Source: a virus. From it: 64,000 nt of DNA. The DNA is taken from positions 1-64,000 of IMG/VR virus record IMGVR_UViG_3300009093_000003. One strand, given 5' to 3'. Position numbers and translations under genes: made by a program. Positions 1 to 9,825 of the stretch are shown piece by piece (the stretch's first letter is position 1; the number at the start of each line of letters is the position of its first letter). The notes below the pieces were generated by a model. The model worked only from the letters and a program-made list of their open reading frames with translations. It was not told the DNA's origin and made no database searches.

Positions 1-216
1 ACAGGGGTGCTGCATCTGCGACAGGTTACAGGGGTGCTGCATCTGCGACAGGTGACAGTGGTGCTGCATCTGCGACAGGTGACAGTGGTGCTGCATCTGC
101 GACAGGTGACAGTGGTGCTGCATCTGCGACAGGTTACAGTGGTGCTGCATCTGCGACAGGTGACAGTGGTGCTGCATCTGCGACAGGTTACAGGGGTGCT
201 GCATCTGCGACAGGTA
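1..216 (+). repeat. 8 x 27-bp tandem coding repeat
   Basis: Unit ACAG(G/T)GGTGCTGCATCTGCGACAGGT(T/G/A), contiguous with no spacers. Confidence 0.95.
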
Positions 217-413
217 AACACGGGATTGCTATCGCAAACGGCATTGAGGGGAAAGCAAAAGCATCGAAAGGGAATTACATTGTTATTGCTGAATGGGAAT
301 ATAAAGATGAATGGAGCCGGAAAGATGTAAAATGCTTTTTGGTGGATGGAGAAAAAATTAAAGCCGATACCTATTACATGCTTGTTAATGGTGAGGCCAA
401 AGAGACAGCATAG
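3..413 (+). CDS. 5'-truncated phage protein with (GAASATG[D/Y][S/R]) nonapeptide repeats (DUF7666-like C-terminus)
   Basis: Frame +3 is open from 3 to TAG 411-413: RGAASATGYRGAASATGDSG...GKAKASKGNYIVIAEW...VDGEKIKADTYYMLVNGE. This is the typical C-terminus of the family; the tracked 7..330 ORF is a shadow frame. Confidence 0.85.
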   Translation, partial: RGAASATGYRGAASATGDSGAASATGDSGAASATGDSGAASATGYSGAASATGDSGAASATGYRGAASATGKHGIAIANGIEGKAKASKGNYIVIAEWEYKDEWSRKDVKCFLVDGEKIKADTYYMLVNGEAKETA

Positions 414-615
414 TTTTTCAAACGTTTCTATGCGGTACGCTACGGGGGCTTAATTGCCCCTTTGGCGGTGGAAGCCCATCGGGACAATAATTATTAACAA
501 CTAAAAAGGAGGTAACTTTGAACATAGGCATTTAAATTTTGACAAAAAAAATCAATCTTCGGCAACCCATCGCTATAAAACAGCATGGGCATTGCCGGTT
601 AAAAGGGTATCAATA

Positions 616-813
616 ATGAACGAAAACATCACCGCTGCATCATTTGCAGCAAAAGATCATTGGGCTTGCGCACTGGTGGAGAGGGCCGGGGAACTATGCG
701 ATTTGTGCATCGAGGCACATGACATGGTAAAGGCCTATAAATACAGTGCCATTGTTATAAGGCTTATAAAGTACAGAACCAATTTGCTGACCAGGTATTC
801 GGCTGCGTTATGA
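616..813 (+). CDS. hypothetical protein
   Basis: ORF with ATG at 616; stop overlaps next start (ATGA). Confidence 0.55.
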   Translation: MNENITAASFAAKDHWACALVERAGELCDLCIEAHDMVKAYKYSAIVIRLIKYRTNLLTRYSAAL

Positions 814-1073
814 AAGAAATCTCAAAAGATTATTTTGAAAAACTTAGAACATCTGCCTATTTATTCAACCAAGATGCAATAGACGCCGTTAAACAAAAGA
901 TTGATAATGACGATAATTTGGATTGGGAAGAAAAGGATTATTTACGTGACTGTCACCGTGAATTATACCAAATGATTGAATTAATAAATCACGTTCCCAC
1001 AAAAAAAGAGATTATAGAATGTGTGGATGAAACAATAAACTATTATCTTCCTCCAAGCAGGCAGAGGAAATAG
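810..1073 (+). CDS. hypothetical protein
   Basis: 87 aa ORF coupled to upstream gene. Confidence 0.65.
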   Translation: MKEISKDYFEKLRTSAYLFNQDAIDAVKQKIDNDDNLDWEEKDYLRDCHRELYQMIELINHVPTKKEIIECVDETINYYLPPSRQRK

Positions 1074-1101
1074 AATAATGTATTAACTGGGTTGAAAAAT
1101 T

Positions 1102-1497
1102 ATGAGAGAAATAAAGTTTAGACAGCCAATATTTGACGGCAACGGGGACTTTAAAAAGTTCCATTACTGGGGGCTTATTGGAGATGAGTTTATTAGTCTA
1201 TATTCAATGCGCTATCCAAATCAAGAATTTACCGGCCTACAGGATAAAAACAGCAATGATGTTTATGAGGGGGATGTTTGCAAGGTAATACATAACGAGG
1301 GTATCTCATGGGAGAAAACATATACCGATATTGGAGTAGTTGAGTTTTCCAGAGCGTCCTTTGGGGTTAAGTGCCTTAGCAAACAAAACAGGCTGGCAAA
1401 AGATGAAAGCAAACGATATTTCTTTTTAAGTTTTCATAAAGACAAATCCTTTGAAGTGATCGGAAATATTTACCAAACCCCGGAATTATTAAAATGA
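1102..1497 (+). CDS. YopX family protein (copy 1)
   Basis: MREIKFR...FTGLQDKN..VYEGDV...EVIGNIYQTPELL signature. Confidence 0.9.
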   Translation: MREIKFRQPIFDGNGDFKKFHYWGLIGDEFISLYSMRYPNQEFTGLQDKNSNDVYEGDVCKVIHNEGISWEKTYTDIGVVEFSRASFGVKCLSKQNRLAKDESKRYFFLSFHKDKSFEVIGNIYQTPELLK

Positions 1498-1817
1498 AAA
1501 CGCAACTAAAAATCACCCCATCAAAATCGGTAATAACAGGTCGTAATGGCACCGTTGCCGGGCTTATGGCATTGGCTCAATCGATTGAAAGGGGTAAGAA
1601 AAATAGAACCATGAAAATAGAAATCACACGCGGCCAGGTTTATAAAACCAAAATGCTGTCCCGGTTTTCTTCCGAAACAAAAACGTTAAGCCCCATTAAG
1701 ATATTGGCGCACGTTGAGGGATTTGTTATCTTTAAGCGGGACAATGAAAAACAGGCCGTTGAAACCAAGTCGTTTATCTCAACCTATTTGAAAGCTTGTA
1801 AATACAAATTATGTTAG
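1494..1817 (+). CDS. hypothetical protein
   Basis: ATGA-coupled ORF. Confidence 0.55.
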   Translation: MKTQLKITPSKSVITGRNGTVAGLMALAQSIERGKKNRTMKIEITRGQVYKTKMLSRFSSETKTLSPIKILAHVEGFVIFKRDNEKQAVETKSFISTYLKACKYKLC

Positions 1818-1847
1818 TCACCGAATTAAAAGCCAAAGTAAAGAAGC

Positions 1848-2900
1848 GTGGGATCCATTACAACAAATGGTTTCCTGTCTATAAATTTAAAGGAGCAACA
1901 ATTCTGTTGCACTACTTTGATGAAAAACTTGAATTTAAATTATCTGAAATTGAAAGAATTGAAGCTTAAAAAATTTGTGCCTTTTCTAATAGCCAGGAAC
2001 CTAAACATTTTAATGTATGGGGGCGGCGTAAATACGTGGGCATTATTGCTGGAAGCCACAGAACTCGGTATAATATTCGACTTTATATTTTTTTCAGACA
2101 CAGGCGGCGAACGCCTGGCAACATACGCTCATGTAAACTACGCCTCTGCATGGTGCGTGGCACATGGGCAACCACCAATAACTATTTTGCGCAAAAGGGA
2201 TAAGAACAAAAAAATATTGACGCTTTACGATGATGTTATATCAAGAGGCGCATTACCGGCCATTGTTTACGGGTATAAAACATGTTCTCAAAAATTCAAG
2301 AAAGCCCCGGCTGATATATTTTTAAACAACAATAAATTAGTAAAATCTTGCTGGGCAAACGGATTTAAGGTTAACAAGTATATTGGTTTTGATGCTGATG
2401 AGGAACATCGTACACAAGATGATTTTACAGATGAGAAGTATAACAACGTGTATCCGCTTGTTATGTGGAACTGGGGGCGCTTTGAGTGTGTAAAAAAGAT
2501 TTTAGATACTGGCGAACCAATGCCCCCCAAAAGTTCATGTACCTACTGCCCATCAATGAAGCCGTGGGAAATTATAGAATTGTATTTAAGCGATCAGAAA
2601 GCCTTTTATGATGCGGTTGAAATGGAAAGAGTAGCAGCACCGAACTTGAATAATATTGATGGCTTGGGGAGGCATTGGTCATGGTGGGATATTATAGTGG
2701 CTTACCGCTACTTCCGGTTTTTCTTAAAAAATCCATTTGGAAAAAAAATCAATCCGCGTATTAAGAAAATGGTTAAAAGAATCCAACGCAGCAGACCGGA
2801 GAAACTTCGCCCTATGATGCAAAAAAATAAAACAGCCGAAAATCTAATTTGTGACATTTTTAAAACTAATGTTGAGGCTTGCCACAACTGTATGACTTAA
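1848..2900 (+). CDS. PAPS-reductase-family (PP-loop, adenine nucleotide alpha hydrolase) protein; true start probably ~1959-1977
   Basis: YGGGVNT, FSDTGGE, CSQKFK, YIGFDADEEHR, YPL, KSSCTYCP motifs. Confidence 0.8.
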   Translation: MGSITTNGFLSINLKEQQFCCTTLMKNLNLNYLKLKELKLKKFVPFLIARNLNILMYGGGVNTWALLLEATELGIIFDFIFFSDTGGERLATYAHVNYASAWCVAHGQPPITILRKRDKNKKILTLYDDVISRGALPAIVYGYKTCSQKFKKAPADIFLNNNKLVKSCWANGFKVNKYIGFDADEEHRTQDDFTDEKYNNVYPLVMWNWGRFECVKKILDTGEPMPPKSSCTYCPSMKPWEIIELYLSDQKAFYDAVEMERVAAPNLNNIDGLGRHWSWWDIIVAYRYFRFFLKNPFGKKINPRIKKMVKRIQRSRPEKLRPMMQKNKTAENLICDIFKTNVEACHNCMT

Positions 2901-2905
2901 AAAAA

Positions 2906-3262
2906 ATGAAATTAACAGTAGTTGAATGCCGCGTAATCCTTTATCCATACATTAACCCAGGCAAGGTTGATAAGCGGTATAAATCTGGATACAGAATAAA
3001 GGCACATGCCCAGGTTAAAACCGAATTGGAGTTTACGCTTCAAGAAAAAACAGGTCGTTACCAATTGCATGAGGTGCTTGAAATAATTGGATATGGGCGG
3101 TATATGGTTGTATACCGCGATGGCGAACTCATAAATACAAAAATGGTAAGGGTATCTGATTTTGGATTTACCACTAAGTTTACAATTCCAAAAGAGGTAG
3201 AAGCAATATCGGTTGGACAAGTAGTTTCAGAATCATCAAGTTATGCAACTCCAAAGCTATGA
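2906..3262 (+). CDS. hypothetical protein
   Basis: ORF with ATG 2906 after A-rich leader. Confidence 0.6.
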   Translation: MKLTVVECRVILYPYINPGKVDKRYKSGYRIKAHAQVKTELEFTLQEKTGRYQLHEVLEIIGYGRYMVVYRDGELINTKMVRVSDFGFTTKFTIPKEVEAISVGQVVSESSSYATPKL

Positions 3263-3352
3263 GAACAGTAATGTACATATTGGCTGCCACCACCCGCGAA
3301 AACGCTGATGAAGCCGTTAAAATAGTTTTTTTAAAAGTTAATAATTGAGGTT

Positions 3353-3526
3353 ATGGACAAAATGACTTACATCGCCCTACGCCAGCGTCACCCTATCAAA
3401 CCTATAAAAGGATGGGCGGTTTGGCAATCCGGTAAAATCATTTTTGATAGCAACTTTAAGGGCTTATGTGATTATTTCGTTCAAACCAATGCACTTAAAA
3501 ATACATGCGTTAAACCGATAAGATGA
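3353..3526 (+). CDS. small hypothetical protein (57 aa, not in ORF track)
   Basis: MDKMTYIALRQRHP...KPIR*; stop overlaps ATG of next gene. Confidence 0.5.
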   Translation: MDKMTYIALRQRHPIKPIKGWAVWQSGKIIFDSNFKGLCDYFVQTNALKNTCVKPIR

Positions 3527-3717
3527 AAAAGTTAACTTCAAATCCGCAGTTAAACGCACCTTTAAACTTAGTTGCTGCTCATGCTAAATTAACCGGCCTT
3601 GTGTCGTCAAAAGATATTTTCCTGCAAATGCGGGAAGAAGAAGCCGCCCAGGACAAACAACGGGAACAGCAAAACACTTTCGAGCGGTTAAGCGAAACTC
3701 TTTATTTACAACATTAA
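3523..3717 (+). CDS. hypothetical protein
   Basis: 64 aa ORF. Confidence 0.55.
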   Translation: MKKLTSNPQLNAPLNLVAAHAKLTGLVSSKDIFLQMREEEAAQDKQREQQNTFERLSETLYLQH

Positions 3718-3924
3718 GATAATTAACAATAATTTTTAACAATTAAATCAAAAAGGAGAGAACAGATCATGGCTATAATAAAATATTTTATTATATTTGT
3801 TGTGCGTAGTAATCAATCTTTAAATGACAAATATTTTCACTTAAAATATTTCCGGCCAGTAATGGTACTTCTCTCCATTGGATTGATTTACTACGCACAT
3901 TACTGCGCCGGATTATTTCTCGCT

Positions 3925-4488
3925 ATGGCTATCTATTTAGAAGAAAACTGGTTGCCGGTTAAAGGTTTTGAAGGAATATATGAAGTTAGCGATTGTGGAA
4001 ACGTACGAAGCTTAACACGGTTGTATAAAAGTGATAATTTCAACAAAGTTTTTATTGGAGAACGCTTAACAGATTTTAAACAGCCACGTTTTGGTTATCA
4101 CGTTGTAACCTTATATAAAAAGCCATACAGAAAGTGTACGCGCGTACATCGATTAGTTGCACAGGCATTCATTACCAACCCTTATAACCTACCAGAAGTT
4201 AACCATATTGACGGCGATAAAAGCAATAATTGCCTTGAAAACTTAGAATGGTGCACTTCGTCCGAAAATCATTATCATGCATATGCAACTGGCTTACAAA
4301 TGGCTGTTATGGGTTCAAAACACGGACATGCAAAATTAAGCGAACAGGATGTGTACGAAATAAAAATCTTATTGAAGGTACGTACATACTCTCATAAATT
4401 TATCTCAAATATTTATAATATCAGTAGGCAAGGGATTTCAAATATCCATGCAGGACACACCTGGAAACATATTCAATTACAAAAATAA
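3925..4488 (+). CDS. NUMOD4-HNH homing endonuclease
   Basis: ENWLPVKGFEGIYEVSDCGNVRS (NUMOD4), VHRLVAQAF, VNHIDGDKSNN (HNH_3); start moved to ATG 3925, downstream of the TATATTTG promoter. Confidence 0.9.
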   Translation: MAIYLEENWLPVKGFEGIYEVSDCGNVRSLTRLYKSDNFNKVFIGERLTDFKQPRFGYHVVTLYKKPYRKCTRVHRLVAQAFITNPYNLPEVNHIDGDKSNNCLENLEWCTSSENHYHAYATGLQMAVMGSKHGHAKLSEQDVYEIKILLKVRTYSHKFISNIYNISRQGISNIHAGHTWKHIQLQK

Positions 4489-4543
4489 AATCAATTCAAG
4501 CAACGGCAACTTTGCCATTTAAAAATGATTAATTAAAATTTCA

Positions 4544-5125
4544 ATGAGTACACAAACAGACGACTTTCTGCCCCAGGGGTATGAAGTCCCAAAAAGTGAC
4601 AGCAGTTATTTAAAATTAGTAGGCGGGGATAACAAGTTCCGCATTCTTTCAAAACCGATTATCGGTTGGGTTGACTGGAAAGACAAAAAGCCATACCGGT
4701 TCCCGATGGATAAAAAACCGGCAGCGCCGTTCAGCCCCACACAAGATATACGCCATTTTTGGGCGTTTGTAGTGTGGGATTATACCGCCAAAAGAATTTC
4801 CATTTTTGAGTTAACGATAAAAGGCATTCAAAATGCCATTGCCGGGCTACAGGCAAATCCCGACTGGGGATCGCCGTTAAACTATGATATCACCATCAAT
4901 AAAGTCGGGACAACAATGGCAGATACAAAATACACTACTGTGCCGTCCCCCCCAAAGCCCGTTCACGCTAAAATAGCGGAACTGTACGCCGAAACGCCGA
5001 TTAAATTAGAGGCATTGTTTGATGGGAAAGACCCGTTTGATGTCAATAAACCAGCGCCGGACACAAATCATAGTTCGCCGGCTGAAATAACTTCTGCCCC
5101 TGACGGGGATGATTTGCCTTTTTAG
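4544..5125 (+). CDS. putative single-stranded DNA-binding / recombination protein
   Basis: Phage SSB-like core (YLKLVGGDNKFRIL...YDITINK..TKYT) and acidic C-terminal tail DDLPF. Confidence 0.65.
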   Translation: MSTQTDDFLPQGYEVPKSDSSYLKLVGGDNKFRILSKPIIGWVDWKDKKPYRFPMDKKPAAPFSPTQDIRHFWAFVVWDYTAKRISIFELTIKGIQNAIAGLQANPDWGSPLNYDITINKVGTTMADTKYTTVPSPPKPVHAKIAELYAETPIKLEALFDGKDPFDVNKPAPDTNHSSPAEITSAPDGDDLPF

Positions 5126-5188
5126 ACCGGATTAACGATTTAACAAATAAGCATAAACGATTATACTTATTTAACAATAACCAATGAG

Positions 5189-5360
5189 AAAAGTAGAGGG
5201 GTAGAGCGCTCGTGTCTTGAAATAATAGACAATTTAACATAGTACGGGTTCGACAAATAGGATGGCTCAAGATGTAGGTTAGGACGAATGCGATAAACAA
5301 GATTAATAATCGGCTAAATTCTATTAACGTTAGGACTACCATAACCCTCTACTTTTTTTT
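5189..5360 (+). ncRNA. candidate structured RNA (long closing helix with nested stems)
   Basis: AAAAGTAGAGGG 5189-5200 is the exact complement of CCCTCTACTTTT 5345-5356; nested GTAG/CTAC, TCGT/ACGA, TCTTGA/TCAAGA; ends in a T-run. Confidence 0.45.
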
Positions 5361-5374
5361 AAATATTTAAACCA

Positions 5375-5698
5375 ATGAGCAGAAAATTAACATTACCCGT
5401 TGTTTCATTTAGGCAAACGCCCGAAGAACCAATTTTTATTTATGCCTTGAATAGCGACAGGCAGCCGGAATTAGGCGAATATGTTGATATGCCCGTATAT
5501 GGCAACTTTGCGCGGGTGCAAAAAGTGATATCTCACTCTCAATTGCACAAAGGACACCCTGTTATAGAAGCCTCATCGAACAAAAAATATGGCTTGCCTC
5601 AATTACCGGCCAAATTTGTAGAAGCGTACAATGATTGCCCTGCGGATAACCCGCGCGTTACCTTGTGGCTTGAAGATGTTAAAACAGTAAACCAATAA
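5375..5698 (+). CDS. hypothetical protein
   Basis: 107 aa ORF. Confidence 0.65.
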   Translation: MSRKLTLPVVSFRQTPEEPIFIYALNSDRQPELGEYVDMPVYGNFARVQKVISHSQLHKGHPVIEASSNKKYGLPQLPAKFVEAYNDCPADNPRVTLWLEDVKTVNQ

Positions 5699-5703
5699 AA
5701 ATT

Positions 5704-6174
5704 ATGGAAACAGATCAAAAACAGGAAACCGGCTTAGTCCTAACCTCAAATAAGCTTTTAAGCCTCGATAAAGCCTCCCTGACGGAGTTTGCCCAGGCGG
5801 TGACAGATAAATACCTTGACGGCTTTAGTAACCCCGCAGAGGGCAAATTACTGGCTAAAAAGATGGGTGACTTCGCCGAACTGGTAAGCAGCAACCTTTC
5901 CGATGCTGCAGCCAGCGAATTAAAACTGGCTAAGGGCGAAAAAAGGGAATTTATGGGCGCAACGGTTACAGAACAAATGTTAGGGACGCGCTACTCTTTC
6001 AAAGAATGCGGGGATCCCATCTGGAACGAGTTAACCGAAAAGATCAAAAAGCGTGAGGACTTTTTAAAAACAATTAACGGCAGCCAACAGGTGCTGATCG
6101 AGGAAACCGGCGAAGTGGTACAAATATTTGAGCCTGTCAAATCAGGCAAACTTGGTTTGGTATTTAAGTACTAA
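5704..6174 (+). CDS. hypothetical phage protein (recombination module)
   Basis: 156 aa ORF between SSB-like and RusA-like genes. Confidence 0.7.
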   Translation: METDQKQETGLVLTSNKLLSLDKASLTEFAQAVTDKYLDGFSNPAEGKLLAKKMGDFAELVSSNLSDAAASELKLAKGEKREFMGATVTEQMLGTRYSFKECGDPIWNELTEKIKKREDFLKTINGSQQVLIEETGEVVQIFEPVKSGKLGLVFKY

Positions 6175-6190
6175 TAATGGTTAAGCGAGA

Positions 6191-6385
6191 ATGAGTGATC
6201 TGCATAAAATATTTACAGCATTGATAATTAGATACGGTGGTGCGGAAAAATTACATGCAGATTTGCTATTGGAGTTGGACCGGGAATATAAAGACAGCCC
6301 CCGGCAAGCGCCCCCGATGAAAAAACTAACGCAGTATCAACAACGTAAGCAAAATGCGTTTAAAAAAATACTTCAAAATGGCTAA
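6191..6385 (+). CDS. hypothetical protein
   Basis: 64 aa ORF in operon. Confidence 0.55.
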   Translation: MSDLHKIFTALIIRYGGAEKLHADLLLELDREYKDSPRQAPPMKKLTQYQQRKQNAFKKILQNG

Positions 6386-6505
6386 GAAAACATTTTACGA
6401 TAAGGAGTTTCCCAACAAAAAGAAGTCAAATTATTCAGACAAGGAGTTAATTTACTATTTGGAAGTATTACCTATTTTAAGGAAATCAGCAATATTAAAA
6501 TAAAG

Positions 6506-6736
6506 ATGAAAGCGCCATTTACAGACGAGCAAGTAAAAAACATCAATGAGTACCAGGTTGCAGGATTTTTTCATCCTTTTACCTGCACCACTGGTAGCCA
6601 TGTTTTAGTAGCCGAAACAGACGGGTTGCATTGTCCTCTATGCCCAACCTTTCATCAGGATTGGGTACACGATGGCATGGCAGATGGCAGTATCGTAGCA
6701 CAGGGTAATAGTTTTAGGGGTAAACTTAAAAAGTAA
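6506..6736 (+). CDS. small Cys/His-containing hypothetical protein
   Basis: HPFTC...HCPLC, possible zinc ribbon. Confidence 0.65.
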   Translation: MKAPFTDEQVKNINEYQVAGFFHPFTCTTGSHVLVAETDGLHCPLCPTFHQDWVHDGMADGSIVAQGNSFRGKLKK

Positions 6737-6741
6737 AAGTC

Positions 6742-7350
6742 ATGGGCGTAAAATTCACAGAAAAAGACATAAGGGACAAAAACCTCGTTTGGAAAGACGG
6801 CAAATATCAAAAAATTGATGCTGGCACCCCTGCTAATAAGGTCAAGAAAATTGAACCAATATTCTTTAAGCCAAATGATAAAAAGGCGTATGACAGTCCG
6901 AATCTTGAAAGCACCGTTCTTGAAAACATTATGGATTTGGGGATTTCTAAACCAAAAACGCCGGCGCAATTAATGAAGTTGTTTAACGAACAACCCATGC
7001 AATTTTACAAAGAGGTTGTAACCGATTTAACCACCGTAAAAATAAAGCCTTTGACCCAAAATCGGGCATGGAAAGGACGCCGCTTTAAAAGCGACCAGTA
7101 CAAGGCTTATGCCACGGCAGTATCTTTACTGCTGCCAAACGATTTAATCGTTCCTGATGGCTTATTGCGCGTCTATTACGAATTTGGCATGAGTACCAAT
7201 TCTGATTTTGACAATCCCTGCAAAATGTTTACCGATATTTTGCAAACCAAATATCATTTTAACGATAGCCGGATTATGGAGGCTAAAATCAAAAAGGTCA
7301 TTGTCAAAAAAGGTGAGGAATATATTCGTTTTAAAATAGAGAGTTTATGA
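6742..7350 (+). CDS. RusA-like Holliday junction resolvase
   Basis: KPLTQNRAW, SDFDNPCKMFTDIL, FNDSRI (D-x-D-N-x-x-K...D motif). Confidence 0.8.
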   Translation: MGVKFTEKDIRDKNLVWKDGKYQKIDAGTPANKVKKIEPIFFKPNDKKAYDSPNLESTVLENIMDLGISKPKTPAQLMKLFNEQPMQFYKEVVTDLTTVKIKPLTQNRAWKGRRFKSDQYKAYATAVSLLLPNDLIVPDGLLRVYYEFGMSTNSDFDNPCKMFTDILQTKYHFNDSRIMEAKIKKVIVKKGEEYIRFKIESL

Positions 7351-7598
7351 AAATAGATTGCTCAACTCTCCCGGTAATGGCGGCCAATTGCAAAACCTGT
7401 CCTTTTAAAGATGTTGATGGTAAATGGCAGGACGTTCAATTGGCGAATGAAGTTATTGGCCGTACGTTGTTTAATTCCCAGCAAATATGCCACGGAATGG
7501 AGGGGGCAGGCCGCAAGCCAAACAACAGGTGCAAGGGAGCGTTTGACCACAATATGGAAATATACAGGAGGATGGGATGTGCAGATTTAGTTAAATAA
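7347..7598 (+). CDS. Cys-rich hypothetical protein
   Basis: CKTCPF...CH...CKG. Confidence 0.6.
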   Translation: MKIDCSTLPVMAANCKTCPFKDVDGKWQDVQLANEVIGRTLFNSQQICHGMEGAGRKPNNRCKGAFDHNMEIYRRMGCADLVK

Positions 7599-7602
7599 AG
7601 AA

Positions 7603-7806
7603 ATGACAGAATTAAAACTCCCGGATCATATCATTAAAAAGTCAGAGACCTGGTACTTTAACGCTAAAACACAAAAATGGTTGCACCGGGATAGGATTGA
7701 GGGATTTTTAAAAACCTATTGGGCAAACAAAACAACATCAAAAAAGCCCAAGGTAAGTTATAAAACCAATTTAAAAGCCGCTAAAAGGCGGTGGGATAAT
7801 GAGTGA
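7603..7806 (+). CDS. hypothetical protein
   Basis: 67 aa ORF. Confidence 0.55.
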   Translation: MTELKLPDHIIKKSETWYFNAKTQKWLHRDRIEGFLKTYWANKTTSKKPKVSYKTNLKAAKRRWDNE

Positions 7807-8353
7807 AATTATGGATGCAAATAAAAAATGGATGTCAAGCGGTAAAATAGGGTGCACTTTTGCTGCGCTATTCGCCAAAAATCCTGAAAGAGTTGACTGG
7901 GTAACCATCGAAAACCCATCTTATTTTTGGATACCAAAAGATAGCGCCATTGTGTCTTTGCAGTTTACCGAAATAGGGGTTACTGCAGCTGATGTTAGAT
8001 ATTGGGCTTTAAGAAATGGGTTTTATGAAGAATCGCTAACAGAAAGTTTGACCGGACTTAGATATCGAATCGGCAACAATATAGCATGGGTTCAGTATTT
8101 TGGTCCCGACAGTCACGTAAAAACCAGGCAAGCACCAATCCCGGAACTAATGTTATGTGTAAAACTCCCGGTTGTTCAATACATAAAGGTTGGGTTTCAG
8201 GGTATATTACATTTGGCTCATGCCAGTGTACATGGACTAACGCAGCGTAAGGCGGATAAACTTTGGGAAACCAGCCATATTAAAACAGCAAAAGAATTAG
8301 GTCATAATCCAACGCTGATTGAGGCCGCTAAAACAACTTTTATACATGAGTAA
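7799..8353 (+). CDS. hypothetical protein
   Basis: 184 aa ORF overlapping both neighbours. Confidence 0.7.
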   Translation: MSEIMDANKKWMSSGKIGCTFAALFAKNPERVDWVTIENPSYFWIPKDSAIVSLQFTEIGVTAADVRYWALRNGFYEESLTESLTGLRYRIGNNIAWVQYFGPDSHVKTRQAPIPELMLCVKLPVVQYIKVGFQGILHLAHASVHGLTQRKADKLWETSHIKTAKELGHNPTLIEAAKTTFIHE

Positions 8354-8774
8354 GATATTAATTATTGGTCAAGCGCCACCAGCGGTTAAGCAAATTTTTC
8401 CATATGATACCACCATGTTGTATGATTGGCTGTATGAATGCGGTATAACGAAAGAATGGGCGCAAGAACTATTTGAGTTTGAAGCCATGACAAACACATT
8501 TCCTGGGTTTGATGCTCACGGAGGGCATAAAAAACCCTCGTTAAATGAAATGAGTGCGCATTATGATGAATTTTTGCGCCATAAAATAGGTGTGGCTAAA
8601 AAAATAATTTTATTAGGGAATGTGCCCAAAGAATTTTTAAGAGGAACATCCATTTGGCACAACAATTCAATAAAGATACTTTGCCTTATACATCCATCGA
8701 GGCGAAATTACACGCTTTATATGGCAAATAAATCTAAACTGATCGGTAATTTAAAAAACTTCATCAATAGTTAA
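8346..8774 (+). CDS. uracil-DNA glycosylase superfamily protein
   Basis: ILIIGQAP (motif A) and HPSRRN (motif B); ATG 8346. Confidence 0.75.
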   Translation: MSKILIIGQAPPAVKQIFPYDTTMLYDWLYECGITKEWAQELFEFEAMTNTFPGFDAHGGHKKPSLNEMSAHYDEFLRHKIGVAKKIILLGNVPKEFLRGTSIWHNNSIKILCLIHPSRRNYTLYMANKSKLIGNLKNFINS

Positions 8775-8777
8775 AAA

Positions 8778-9725
8778 ATGATTATGAACATTCAAAATAA
8801 AATATTTAGCTTTACAGAACTTACCAGCAGCCGCAAACTAACGGTAAAAATTTTTTGTAAAGACATAATTAAAAAAGTCCTCGCTAACTTTTTAACCTAC
8901 ACATTCAACTTTGCGGCTGCGGTGTATGGAAAATTAGTTAAGGGGACTTTTTTAATTATGTTAATCAGAGTAAGCGAAAAGACGATGTACAAGGTTGCCA
9001 AAAACGGCAAAACCTATTACGATGCCTTTTTATTCGTTCTTACCCTTCGCTCTTTTCACCACAACCCCGTATTTCTTAATTTTAAACCACGATTAGCGCA
9101 TTACAGGCGACTTACAGGAATTTCTGATAGTAGGTTCAGAAAATTATTAAACCTCGCCATATCGCTTAATTTGGCTTCATACGATGGCAAGCATTTGCAC
9201 CTCTACTCTTTTACAAAAGAAAAGCGCCAGTACAAAGCCCAGCACCGCCAAGAGATAGCGCTCACCGAACTAAAACCATTTTTTTATTACAGCACATTAA
9301 AACACAACATAATTCAACAGGTAAGTAAGATAAAGTTTAAAGCAGCCTCAACCGTAAAAAATAGGTGCGGTATCAGTGTGGCCCAGGATAATACCATCCC
9401 TTACCAACGTCTTGAAATTAACCCCGAAGTAACACTGTCAGTACGATCAGCAGCTAAAATGCTTGACATCTGCCCCGCTTTCGCCTACGATATACTCCAT
9501 AGCCTAAAGGGATTTGGTTTAACGATTAATCAGAACATCGTGCATATTTCACGCGAAACATTCAGGCATTGTCTTGCCATAGGGCGGCCAAATATTCGTT
9601 TTGACACAAAAACAGGGGTTTACAGCTATGTTAAGGCAGGTTTTGCCACTATAGCAGTTTTTAAAACGTTAGTTGAACCGAAAATTACTAAAGGATTAGC
9701 TTATTACGACAACCCATATTGGTGA
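8778..9725 (+). CDS. putative HTH DNA-binding protein (replication initiator-like?); start probably ATG 8958
   Basis: Basic protein with two HTH-like segments (RRLTGISDSRFRKLL; SVRSAAKMLDICPAFAYDIL). Confidence 0.5.
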   Translation: MIMNIQNKIFSFTELTSSRKLTVKIFCKDIIKKVLANFLTYTFNFAAAVYGKLVKGTFLIMLIRVSEKTMYKVAKNGKTYYDAFLFVLTLRSFHHNPVFLNFKPRLAHYRRLTGISDSRFRKLLNLAISLNLASYDGKHLHLYSFTKEKRQYKAQHRQEIALTELKPFFYYSTLKHNIIQQVSKIKFKAASTVKNRCGISVAQDNTIPYQRLEINPEVTLSVRSAAKMLDICPAFAYDILHSLKGFGLTINQNIVHISRETFRHCLAIGRPNIRFDTKTGVYSYVKAGFATIAVFKTLVEPKITKGLAYYDNPYW

Positions 9726-9825
9726 TAATAATAGATAAGCCTAAATGTATGCTCGGTAATTAGTTAATCATAGGGTTAAGGTGGTCGCACTCACCCCGCA
9801 GGTTTTACCTTAATAGTTTGAAAAT

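Noticed and set aside
1-216. CRISPR array
   Set aside because: Repeats are contiguous with no unique spacers, are a multiple of 3 and encode a peptide repeat; no cas genes.
7-330. ORF-track protein (VLHLRQVTV)n
   Set aside because: Shadow frame of the repeat; frame +3 gives the recognisable GAASATG protein.
491-3766. Shared TTAACAA...AAAAAGGAG motif at ~495-511 and ~3736-3758
   Set aside because: Only two loose copies in AT-rich DNA; cannot be distinguished from chance.
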